NCBI GenBank assembly: GCA_002269645.1
Contig: NIVC01000625.1
Location: forward strand, 62,001 to 126,000
Origin: Macrostomum lignano
Lineage: Eukaryota
Length of the DNA: 64,000 nt
Reading direction: 5' to 3'
Below are positions 12,530-24,769 of this stretch, piece after piece (positions within the stretch are counted from its first letter, which is position 1; the number at the start of each line of letters is the position of its first letter). Position numbers and translations under genes: made by a program. Under the pieces are notes generated by a model that searched no databases, was not told where the DNA came from, and worked only from the letters and a program-made list of their open reading frames with translations.

Positions 12530-14030
12530 GGCCGACCGGATTTTCCAATCTGGTGATTTTGTCAAAATGGGACAAATTTGTCTCTGTTAAAGTTGCGTTC
12601 AGAAAGTTCCGGAACTGACCTGCTTTCTTTGAGCTTTGCTTCAGGCTCTCCGGCTGCAGGCGTTTTCTTGCGCTCAAATTCGCGGTAGGAGGACTCTTTC
12701 GGCTGGCAGGACGGCTGCCCCGATTTTTCCCACACTTGCACGCCGTGCAAACCCTCGGTGTTCAGTTTTCTTTCTTCTCCTAGGCCGCTCTCCATCAATC
12801 CTCCAGCCTCCTCCTGCTATTGGAGGCGGTCGGATTTCCCCAGCGCCCAGTCACTGTCTGGCTGTACGGCCCGCCTCCCCTCGCCGGGGCTCCTCAGTCC
12901 GACTGCGCTGCGGAATATCCTGCGTCTGTGCGTCTGCCTGACATCATAAACAAGCCTGTCCAAGATTGTCATTCGGCAAATAGCAGATTAGCTTCTGCAG
13001 AAACTGTACAAGCCTGTGCCCAGCATTGGCACATCCATCCTCTTCAATCATCTTCCTGTGTCTGAGACCGGCAAACAGTCCAATTTCCTTGGCTAAGGAA
13101 TGCTGCGACACAAGATTAAACAGACACAACCACTGCTAGTGCCGGTCTCCGGGGCCAGGCAGAGCGAGCGCAGGGCCTTGAGGGAAATGCAAAGACTCTT
13201 TTTCTTCTTTCATTCCTTTGAGCAGTCGGGAATTTTCAGGCTCTTTCTCGATTCAACCCGCCTAAAGTCGCCCTGGCCCGCGTCTTCCTCTGTCTAATCT
13301 CTCGCTTCTCTGTTCCCACTGGGTCTCTCCGTGTTCCCGGGTTTGCTAAAAGGAACTTCAGGGCAGAGGAGACGCTGGCAGGCGAGTCGTGTCTCTGGTT
13401 CGATTTCGATCTGCCGGGTGTCCAGCAATTAGGCCCTCACTTCACCATTCCGCAATCTTCAACTCTGAATAATAAAGCGGCCTCATTAAAATAGATCGAA
13501 AAGGGACGGCTCAGGGAGGCCTTGTGCTCCCCCCCCCCCCCCCCGGCATCCCAGCGGCGGTGACAGCCGGCCCTCTGCTGATAAGTGCGCGTCTATTTCG
13601 GGCGTGTCAGCGTCGCAACAGGCGGAGCGCCACTCTGTCTGAGCGCGTGAATTTGCATGCAACCCGCGCTCACGCCCGAGATCGCGCTAATCACATTCGG
13701 CAGCTTCCATCCCTCTGTCTCTTTCTTTCCCTACCCGCTCCGCTTTACTTCAAGGGAAAGATGGGGAGTCGAGAAGCAAGGGAAGGCGCATCGGCACAGC
13801 GGGGCTGTAAACTGTCGGATTAGGGCTGCCGATCCCGCTGCGGCAACAGCGCGGGGTGCGGAGTCAAAGAGAAGGCGCCTCCTCTGGCTCGCACCCTCCC
13901 CCAGCCCCCCTTGCATGTCGATGAGAGCTCAGCGAGTCGCGCCGACTTCGTGGGTACAAAAAGTGGAATAAATGGAGACGTGGGGGGGGGAGTGAGAAAC
14001 ACGAGAGAAGGCGGCAGTGCAGCTACAGTC

Positions 14031-17000
14031 ATGGAACGCCTCTACCTTGTAGTGATGCGCCTGACCCGGCCCTCCTTTGTCACCGAGACGCCGCTGGTGA
14101 CTTTCGACCCGCGCGACCTGTTCGCCCAGTCGGCTCCAGCGCTGTCCCCGCAGAAGTGCGCCGCCAATCAGCGCGACATCGCCGAAGGCGCCGGCCACCA
14201 GAAGATCAACCTGACCGACATGCTGAGCCTGCCGCAGAACTTTGGCAACATCTACCTGGGCGAGACTTTCTCAGCCTACGTGTCCGTGCACAACGACTGC
14301 AACTTCCTCTGCCGGGACATCATCGTGAAGGCCGACCTGCAGACCAACTCCAGCAAGGTGGCCATGACGGCCGGCAGTGCCGAGCCCGTCTCCGAGCTGC
14401 CGCCCGACCGCTCCATTGACGAGGTGCTGACCCACGAGGTCAAGGAGCTGGGGCCGCACATCCTGGTCTGCACCGTGTCCTACACTTCGCACTCGTCTGA
14501 GAAGCTCTACTTCAAGAAGTACTTCAAGTTTCAGGTTGGCCTCTGCCTTATTCTGCCCCGGGTATTGCTCACTCAGCTCGCATGGGGGAGGAGGCCAGCA
14601 GTCATGCCCGTTCTCTTGAGCTTCTCTGAGGTGCCATCTGCTTTATTAGTGAGTAATTTCAGGTATTTAAATTAATTTTACAGGTGCAGCGGCCTCTGGA
14701 CGTTAAGACAGACTTTCGCACCACGGAGAATGACGAGGTTTTTCTTGAGGCCAAAATTCAGAACATCACCTCCGGGCCGATCTTCTTGGAGCGCGTCTTC
14801 CTGGAGCCGTCGCCCAACTTCCAGCTGCTCGACACGCCTTCTACCGACAGAGAGGAGTGAGTGGCGTGGGTGACTGGGGAGTGACTGGCGTGGGTGACTT
14901 GGGAGTAAGTGGCGTGGGTGACTGGGGAGTGAGTGGCGTGGGTGACTGAGGAGTGAGTGGCGTGGGTGACTGGGGAGTGAGTGGCGTGGGTGACTGGGGA
15001 GTGACTGGCGTGGGTGACTTGGGAGTAAGTGGCGTGGGTGACTGGGGAGTAAGTGGCGTGGGTGACTGAGGAGTGAGTGGCGTGGGTGACTGGGGAGTGA
15101 GTGGCGTGGGTGACTGGGGAGTGACTGGCGTGGGTGACTTGGGAGTAAGTGGCGTGGGTGACTGGGGAGTGAGTGGCGTGGGTGACTGGGGAGTGACTGG
15201 CGTGGGTGACTGGGGAGTGACTGGCGTGGGTGACTTGGGAGTAAGTGGCGTGGGTGACTTGGGAGTGAGTGGCGTGGGTGACTTGGGAGTGAGTGGCGTG
15301 GGTGACTGGGGAGTGGCGTGGGTGACTGGGGAGTGGCATGGGTGACTGAGGAGTGGCGTGAGTGACTGAGGAGTGGCGTGGGTGACTGGGGAGTGGCGTG
15401 GGTGACTGGGGAGTGGCGTGGGTGACTGGGGAGTGGCGTGGGTGACTGGGGAGTGGCGTGGGTGACTGGGGAGTGGCGTGGGTGACTGGGGAGTGAGTAG
15501 CGAGCGTCGTGGATGCTGGAGATGAAGTCTCAAACGCTTCCATTCATCCCCTCGTCTCCCCTCCGCCAGCGACAGCGGAGTCCGGGTGCCCGAGTGCCTG
15601 CGGGAGCAGGAGACCCGCCAGTTCCTGTACCGCCTCCGCCCCGCCGCTTCTGGCGACACGCAGCCGCAGCAACCGTCAGTTGGCGGCGCCTCCGTGACGG
15701 TGGGCAAGCTGGACATCACGTGGCGCAGCCAGATGGGGCAGCGGGCCCGACTGCAGACCAGCCCTCTGTGCACTGCCGTGAGTTCCTCTGTCTGCTCATC
15801 TCATCTGGCTGGCTGCTGACTGCGTGGCATTTGAGTTCAATGTAGCTGTAGTGCTGGCTCTGGTTGCTGGCCTCGTCTGGAGTAAGATTTTAGTAGTTAG
15901 GGATTGGGAGTTTAGTAGTTTGGGATTGGGAGTTTAGTAGTTTGGGATTGGGAGTTTAGTAGTTTGGGATTGGGAGTTTAGTAGTTTGGGATTGGGAGTT
16001 TAGTAGTTTGGGATTGGGAGTTTAGTAGTTTAGGATTTGGAGTTTAGTAGTTTAGGATTGGGAGTTTAGTAGTTTGGGATTGGGATTTTAGTAGTTTGGG
16101 ATTGGGAGTTTAGTAGTTTGGGATTGGGAGTTTAGTAGTTTGGGATTGGGAGTTTAGTAGTTTGGGATTTGGAGTTTAGTAGTTTGGGATTGGGATTTTA
16201 GTAGTTTGGGATTGGGATTTTAGTAGTTTGGGATTGGGAGTTTAGTAGTTTGGGATTGGGAGTTTAGTAGTTTGGGATTGGGAGTTTAGTAGTTTGGGAT
16301 TTGGAGTTTAGTAGTTTGGGATTGGGATTTTAGTAGTTTGGGATTGGGATTTTAGTAGTTTGGGATTGGGATTTTAGTAGTTTGGGATTGGGAGTTTAGT
16401 AGTTTGGGATTGGGAGTTTAGTAGTTCGGGATTGGGAGTTTAGTAGTTTGGGATTTTTATATCATTGTACTTTGTCTCTTTACTAGCAAATAAACTGGCA
16501 ATTGTTAAGTAGAAGTCCACCCGAGTACTGCATAAAACTGACTCAGCGCAGTCAGCGCCGCAAGTTCCACATTGTTCAATGCAATCCGCACGCTACGCCC
16601 CCACTTTGCATACCCGAACCTGCAGGCATTCGTGAGTCTGTTGCGAGATATTTCACATGCTTATTGCTTTTTCTTGATGTGCTGTGGTGTCCTGCTTGCA
16701 GTCGTCAACTGGGATTTTTGCCAATTTTTATCACCAGAATCGCGGGAGCAGAGACCGCCCAATGCCTGTCATTTTCGCTCTTCATTTTAGGCCGACACAA
16801 GCAAATTGGTCTGCCCTTGCTTTGACAGCAGATTCTGTTCCTCATTTTTAATTTTCTGATTTTTCACTCGCTCTTCTTCATTCACTTTTTTCATATTTTT
16901 CTTTACGGGCAAAGCCCGGTCTGACAGGGTTTTTTCTGTCGCCGTTTAATAAAATTGTGCGACCGCCGTTTACTCTACTGACAGTAGGCTGGTCGCGAAA

Positions 17001-18311
17001 CTTGCCTCGATTTTATTGCTCTTTTTCTGCTGATTCGGCCGGTGTCGGTGGGTTCGGCTTTGCCTTCTTGCCTCTTTGTTCAGCGTTCTTTCCAGTCACA
17101 GTCGGTTCTCAAACCTCACTGCTCAGGCTGCCTTAATTGTCTCTGTCTGTGTTTTGCCACCTGTCACTCCAACTCGCTGGATCGGTCACCAACTTACTCA
17201 TGTCGTGTGCTTCCTCTGTAGAAACTCTATCTATATTTCTTATAGCACTCTTCAGATTGTCTTCTTTCAAAAGCAGCAGCATATTTTTACTGCCTTATTT
17301 TTGCTCTATTTTGCAACATTTAACAGCTGCCCCCGGCCGAGGACATCCGCGTGACGGTGGAGGAGGCGCCCGCGGTGGTCCGCCTCGACTCCTTGTTCCG
17401 TATCGTCTGTCGCGTCACCAACAACAGGTTCGTTTTGGTTCGCCTCATCGACCTCCTTTCTCTCCGACCTCTCCCTCACCGACCTGTCTCACCGACCTCC
17501 GCCTCCCCGACCTATGCCTCCCCGACCTATGCCTCCCCGACCTCTGCCTCCCCGACCTCTGCCTCCCCGACCTCTGCCTCCCCGACCTCTGCCTCCCCGA
17601 CCTATGCCTCCCCGACCTCTGCCTCCCCGACCTCTGCCTCCCCGACCTCTGCCTCCCCGACCTCTGCCTCCCCGACCTCTGCCTCCCCGACCTCTGCCTC
17701 CCCGACCTCTCCCTCACCGACCTGTCTCACCGACCTCCGCCTCCCCGACCTATGCCTCCCCGACCTCTGCCTCCCCGACCTCTGCCTCCCCGACCTATGC
17801 CTCCCCGACCTCTGCCTCCCCGACCTCTGCCTCCCCGACCTCTCCCTCACCGACCTGTCTCACCGACCTCCGCCTCCCCGACCTATGCCTCCCCGACCTC
17901 TGCCTCCCCGACCTCTGCCTCCCCGACCTCTGCCTCCCCGACCTCTCCCTCACCGACCTGTCTCACCGACCTCCGCCTCCCCGACCTATGCCTCCCCGAC
18001 CTCTGCCTCCCCGACCTCTGCCTCACCGACCTCTGCCTCCCCGCCATCGCAGCACCCGGTCGGTGAACCTTCGCCTGAGCACCAGCAGCCGGCAGCAGTC
18101 GCTGGAGCAGTCTCAGGCTGCCATGCAGTTCTGCGGCAAGGTGGCCCGCAGCCTACAAGAGCTGCGCTGCGGCGAGAGCGCCAGCCTGAGCCTGGAGCTG
18201 CTGCCCCTGGTGCCGGGCCTGCAGTCGGTGAGCGGCCTGGTTCTCACCGACACGCTGCTCAACAGGTCCTACGAGTTTGATGAGCTGACCCAGGTGCTGG
18301 TGCATCCGTGA
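14031..18311 (+). CDS. TRAPPC13: Trafficking protein particle complex subunit 13; exons 14031-14534, 14684-14856, 15576-15777, 17327-17427, 18053-18311 (412 aa)
   Basis: Hallmark motifs VMRLTRP, LPQNFGNIYLGETF, HEVKELGPHILVCTVSY, FKKYFKFQV.RPLDVKT, GKLDITWR..MG.RARLQTS, SVSGL.LTD. All junctions are GT-AG and in phase. Confidence 0.95.
14855..15497 (+). repeat. 24/20-bp G-rich minisatellite (GAGTGAGTGGCGTGGGTGACTGGG)n beginning at the TRAPPC13 exon 2 donor
   Basis: About 19 24-mers followed by ~10 20-mers; the first unit overlaps the donor. Confidence 0.95.
15888..16455 (+). repeat. 22-bp minisatellite (TTTAGTAGTTTGGGATTGGGAG)n, ~26 copies, TRAPPC13 intron 3
   Basis: Tandem unit directly visible. 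Confidence 0.97.
17463..18043 (+). repeat. 15-bp C-rich minisatellite (CCCCGACCTCTGCCT)n, TRAPPC13 intron 4, running up to the acceptor
   Basis: Tandem unit visible; the AG-free unit ends ~8 nt before CAG at 18050-18052. Confidence 0.95.
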
Positions 18312-18574
18312 GCATTGCGTCATGGCATCAGACTTGAAGCGACTCTGCACCCGCCTGTCTTTCATTAGGCTTCTGGGCAAAGCTAGTTTTCTGTTAGTCT
18401 GTCGACTTGCTTGTTTGCCTCTAAATCATTTCTCTTTACCATATTTGAATGTGCACGAGGGCTCAATATTTGAAGGGTAGCCGCGTTATAAAATCGCTTA
18501 AGTTTGTGTCATAAGAATTGCCATATAATAATCCTAAGTGTATTCCCACAAAATTCCCCAATGTACATGCTTAA

Positions 18575-19090
18575 GATTCCCCAGTGTACACACAAAGGAA
18601 TTTCACAGTGTACACACTGAGATTCCTCAGTGTACACACAAGAGATTCCTCAGTGTACACACAAGAGATTCCTCAGTGTACGCACTGAGATTCCCCCGTG
18701 TACATGCATGGATTCCCAAGTGTACACGCATGAGATTCCCCAATGTACACACTGAGATTCCCCAGTGTACACACAAGAGAGTCCCCAGTGTACACGCATG
18801 AGATTCTCCAGTATACACGCATGGAATTCCCCAGTGTACATACATGGGATTCCCCAGTGTAGACGCGTGGGTTCCCCAGTGTACACGCATGGGATTCCCC
18901 AATGTACACACTGAGATTCCCCAGTGTACACACAAGAGAGTCCCCAGCGTACACGCATGAGATTCTCAAGTATACACGCATGGGATTCCCAGTGTACATA
19001 CATGGGATTCCCCAGTGTACACGCGTGGGTTCCCCAGTGTACACGCATGGGATTCCCAAGTGTACACGCATGGGATTCCCAGTGTACGCG
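18575..19090 (+). repeat. Diverged 23-25-bp minisatellite with GTGTACAC core
   Basis: CCCAGTGTACAC(A/G)CA(A/T)GAGATTC units downstream of TRAPPC13. Confidence 0.9.
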
Positions 19091-19477
19091 CAAGCAACTG
19101 CTTGAGATTACTACTGTTGAATAATTGCGAAGAGAGTTATTAACTCAATGCTATTAAATACCTGATTTACTCTCTGTTAATTGTGACTTGTTTAAATTTC
19201 TGCGTATATCTTTGTCTGTTGTCTGTTTTCTGAGCCATAATATTACTAGTAACCGTAGCTCGTATATTAGCTGCTTCTTAAATAAAAGAGTACTCTATGA
19301 ATTAAAAAATTTCCACTGCATTCTGCTTTTCTGTGTATTGCACCAATTTTTATCAACCTTCTTTTCTTCGTCGATATTTTAACTGCATGCATGGGCAGAG
19401 GGAACAGGGTAGCCCGGTGATGTGGGAAATTTTTAACCAACTATCGGAGATTGACCCAGTCAGTGGGTCACTTCATA

Positions 19478-22400
19478 AACTGGACACTTCACAGACTGGA
19501 CCCACTTCACAAACTGGACACTTCACAGACTGGACCCACTTCACAAACTGGACACTTCACAGACTGGACCCACTTCACAAACTGGACACTTCACAGACTG
19601 CATGGACACTTCACAAACTGCATGGACACTTCACAGACTGGACACTTCACAAACTGCATGGACACTTCACAAACTGCATGGACACTTCACAAACTGCATG
19701 GACACTTCACAAACTGCATGGTCACTTCACAAACTGCATGGTCACTTCACAAACTGCATGGACACTTCACAAACTGTATGGACAATTCACAAACTGGACA
19801 ATTCACAAACTGCATGGACACTTCACAAACTGCATGGACACTTCACAAACTGCATGGACACTTCACAAACTGCATGGACACTTCACAAACTGCATGGACA
19901 CTTCACAAACTGCATGGACACTTCACAAACTGGACAATTCACAAACTGCATGGACAATTCACAAACTGCATGGACACTTCACAGACTGGACACTTCACAA
20001 ACTGCATGGACACTTCACAAACTGCATGGACACTTCACAAACTGCATGGACAATTCACAAACTGCATGGACACTTCACAAACTGCATGTACACTTCACAA
20101 ACTGCATGGACACTTCACAAACTGGACAATTCACAAACTGCATGGACACTTCACAGACTGGACACTTCACAAACTGCATGGACACTTCACAAACTGCATG
20201 GACACTTCACAAACTGCATGGACATTTCACAAACTGCATGGACACTTCACAAACTGTATGGACAATTCACAAACTGGACAATTCACAAACTGCATGGACA
20301 ATTCACAAACTGCATGGACACTTCACAAACTGCATGGACACTTCACAAACTGTATGGACAATTCACAAACTGGACAATTCACAAACTGCATGGACAATTC
20401 ACAAACTGCATGGACACTTCACAGACTGGACACTTCACAAACTGCATGGACACTTCACAAACTGCATGGACACTTCACAAACTGCATGGACACTTCACAA
20501 ACTGGACAATTCACAAACTGCATGGACACTTCACAGACTGGACACTTCACAAACTGCATGGACACTTCACAAACTGCATGGACACTTCACAAACTGCATG
20601 GACACTTCACAAACTGCATGGACACTTCACAAACTGTATGGACAATTCACAAACTGGACACTTCACAAACTGCATGGACAATTCACAAACTGCATGGACA
20701 CTTCACAAACTGCATGGACACTTCACAAACTGTATGGACAATTCACAAACTGGACAATTCACAAACTGGACAATTCACAAACTGCATGGACACTTCACAG
20801 ACTGGACACTTCACAAACTGCATGGACACTTCACAAACTGCATGGACACTTCACAAACTGGACACTTCACAAATTGCATGGACACTTCACAAACTGTATG
20901 GACAATTCACAAACTGGACAATTCACAAACTGCATGGACACTTCACAAACTGCATGGACACTTCACAAACTGGACAATTCACAAACTGCATGGACACTTC
21001 ACAAACTGCATGGACACTTCACAAACTGCATGGTCACTTCACAAACTGCATGGTCACTTCACAAACTGCATGGACACTTCACAAACTGTATGGACAATTC
21101 ACAAACTGGACAATTCACAAACTGCATGGACACTTCACAAACTGCATGGACACTTCACAAACTGCATGGACACTTCACAAACTGCATGGACACTTCACAA
21201 ACTGGACACTTCACAAACTGCATGGACACTTCACAAACTGCATGGACACTTCGCAAACTGGACACTTCACAAACTGCATGGACACTTCACAAACTGCATG
21301 GACACTTCACAAACTGCATGGAAACTTCACAAACTGCATGGACACTTCACAGACTGGACACTTCACAAACTGCATGGACACTTCACAAACTGCATGGACA
21401 CTTCACAAACTGCATGGACACTTCACAAACTGCATGGACACTTCACAAACTGCATGGACACTTCACAAACTGCATGGACACTTCACAAACTGGACACTTC
21501 ACAAACTGCATGGACACTTCACAAACTGCATGGACACTTTACAAACTGCATGGACACTTCACAAACTGGACAATTCACAAACTGGACAATTCACAAACTG
21601 CATGGACACTTCACAAACTGCATGGACACTTCACAGACTGGACACTTCACAAACTGCATGGACACTTCACAGACTGGACAATTCACAAACTGCATGGACA
21701 CTTCACAAACTGCATAGACACTTCACAAACTGGACACTTCACAAACTGCATGGACACTTCACAGACTGGACACTTCACAAACTGTATGGACAATTCACAA
21801 ACTGGACACTTCACAAACTGCATGGACACTTCACAAACTGCATGGACACTTCACAAACTGCATGGACAATTCACAAACTGCATGGACACTTCACAAACTG
21901 CATGGACACTTCACAAACTGTATGGACACTTCACAAACTGCATGGACAATTCACAAACTGGATAATTCACAAACTGCATGGACACTTCACAAACTGCATG
22001 GACAATTCACAAACTGCATGGACACTTCACAAACTGCATGGACACTTCACAAACTGCATGGACACTTCACAAACTGCATGGACAATTCACAAACTGCATG
22101 GACACTTCACAAACTGCATGGACAATTCACAAACTGGATAATTCACAAACTGCATGGACAATTCACAAACTGCATGGACACTTCACAAACTGCATGGACA
22201 CTTCACAAACTGTATGGACAATTCACAAACTGGACAATTCACAAACTGCATGGACAATTCACAAACTGGACACTTCACAAACTGCATGGACAATTCACAA
22301 ACTGCATGGACACTTCACAAACTGCATGGACACTTCACAAACTGCATGGACACTTCACAAACTGCATGGACACTTCACAAACTGGACACTTCACAAACTG

Positions 22401-24543
22401 CATGGACACTTCACAAACTGCATGGACACTTCACAAACTGCATGGACACTTCACAAACTGTATGGACACTTGACAAACTGTATGGACAATTCACAAACTG
22501 GACAATTCACAAACTGCATGGACAATTCACAAACTGCATGGACACTTCACAAACTGCATGGACAATTCACAAACTGCATGGACACTTCACAAACTGCATG
22601 GACACTTCACAAACTGGACACTTCACAAACTGGACACTTCACAAACTGTATGGACACTTCACAAACTGTATGGACAATTCACAAACTGGACAATTCACAA
22701 ACTGCATGGACAATTCACAAACTGCATGGACACTTCACAAACTGTATGGACAATTCACAAACTGGACAATTCACAAACTGCATGGACACTTCACAAACTG
22801 CATGGACACTTCACAAACTGCATGGACACTTCACAAACTGGACAATTCACAAACTGCATGGACAATTCACAAACTGCATGGACACTTCACAGACTGGACA
22901 CTTCACAAACTGCATGGACACTTCACAAACTGGACAATTCACAAACTGCATGGACACTTCACAAACTGCATGGACACTTCACAAACTGTATGGACAATTC
23001 ACAAACTGGACAATTCACAAACTGCATGGACACTTCACAAACTGCATGGACACTTCACAAACTGGACAATTCACAAACTGCATGGACACTTCACAGACTG
23101 GACACTTCACAAACTGCATGGACACTTCACAAACTGCATGGACACTTCACAAACTGCATGGACACTTCACAAACTGTATGGACACTTCACAAACTGTATG
23201 GACAATTCACAAACTGGACAATTCACAAACTGCATGGACAATTCACAAACTGCATGGACACTTCACAAACTGCATGGACAATTCACAAACTGCATGGACA
23301 CTTCACAAACTGCATGGACACTTCACAAACTGGACAATTCACAAACTGCATGGACAATTCACAAACTGCATGGACACTTCACAGACTGGACACTTCACAA
23401 ATTGCATGGACACTTCACAAACTGTATGGACAATTCACAAACTGGACAATTCACAAACTGCATGGACACTTCACAAACTGCATGGACACTTCACAAACTG
23501 GACAATTCACAAACTGCATGGACACTTCACAGACTGGACACTTCACAAACTGCATGGACACTTCACAAACTGCATGGACACTTCACAAACTGCATGGACA
23601 CTTCACAAACTGTATGGACAATTCACAAACTGGACAATTCACAAACTGCATGGACACTTCACAAACTGCATGGACACTTCACAAACTGCATAGACACTTC
23701 ACAAACTGCATAGACACTTCACAAACTGGACACTTCACAAACTGCATGGACAATTCACAGACTGGACACTTCACAAACTGTATGGACAATTCACAAACTG
23801 GACAATTCACAAACTGCATGGACACTTCACAAACTGCATGGACACTTCACAAACTGCATGGACACTTCACAAACTGCATGGACACTTCACAAACTGGACA
23901 CTTCACAAACTGGACACTTCACAAATTGGACACTTCACAAGCTGGACACTTCACTAACTGCATGGACACTTTAAAAACAGCATGGACACTTCACACACCG
24001 GACACTTCACAAACTGGACACTTCACAAATTGGACACTTCACAAGCTGGACAATTCACAAACTGCATGGACAATTCACAAACTGTATGGACACTTCACAA
24101 ACTGCATGGACACTTCACAAACTGCATGGACACTTCACAAACTGCATGGACACTTCACAAACTGGACACTTCACAAATTGGACACTTCACAAGCTGGACA
24201 CTTCACAAACTGGACACTTCACAAACTGGACACTTCACAAACTGGACACTTCACAAACTGCATGGACACTTCACAAACTGGACACTTCACAAACTGGACA
24301 CTTCACAAATTGGACACTTCACAAGCTGGACACTTCACAAACTGGACACTTCACAAACTGGACACTTCACAAACTGGACACTTCACAAACTGCATGGACA
24401 CTTCACAAACTGCATGGACACTTCACAAACTGGACACTTCACAAACTGGACACTTCACAAATTGGACACTTCACAAGCTGGACACTTCACTAACTGCATG
24501 GACACTTTAAAAACAGCATGGACACTTCACACACCGGACACTA
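19478..24543 (+). repeat. ~5-kb satellite of interspersed 20-bp (GGACACTTCACAAACTGCAT) and 16-bp (GGACACTTCACAAACT) units
   Basis: Continuous tandem array; explains the 500-900-aa pseudo-ORFs in all three + frames. Confidence 0.98.
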
Positions 24544-24769
24544 CATAAAATGGACACATTTTCAAAACAAGAAACTTCCGTTTTCAGGCTTTTCAACTGC
24601 AGCACCCAAAAAATGAAGATACGAGCTGTAATCCGTGGCTCCGATTCAGTGCTCTTCCTCTCCTTACTCAAGAAATCAATAGATCAGCAGATCTCTGAGG
24701 AGTGTCGCGCTCTTTATTATTGCGAGCTCATCAGGCACGCTGAGGTCGGGGGTTCAATTTGCAGCGAAC

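Noticed and set aside
13380-13430. GGTTCGATTTC, resembling a Pol III B-box/tRNA T-loop
   Set aside because: No cloverleaf or A-box at the proper spacing could be built.
19333-24548. ORFs of 500-900 aa (HFTNCMDTSQTAWTLHKL repeats)
   Set aside because: All three frames are open because the 16/20-bp unit has no stop codon on this strand; this is a satellite artefact.
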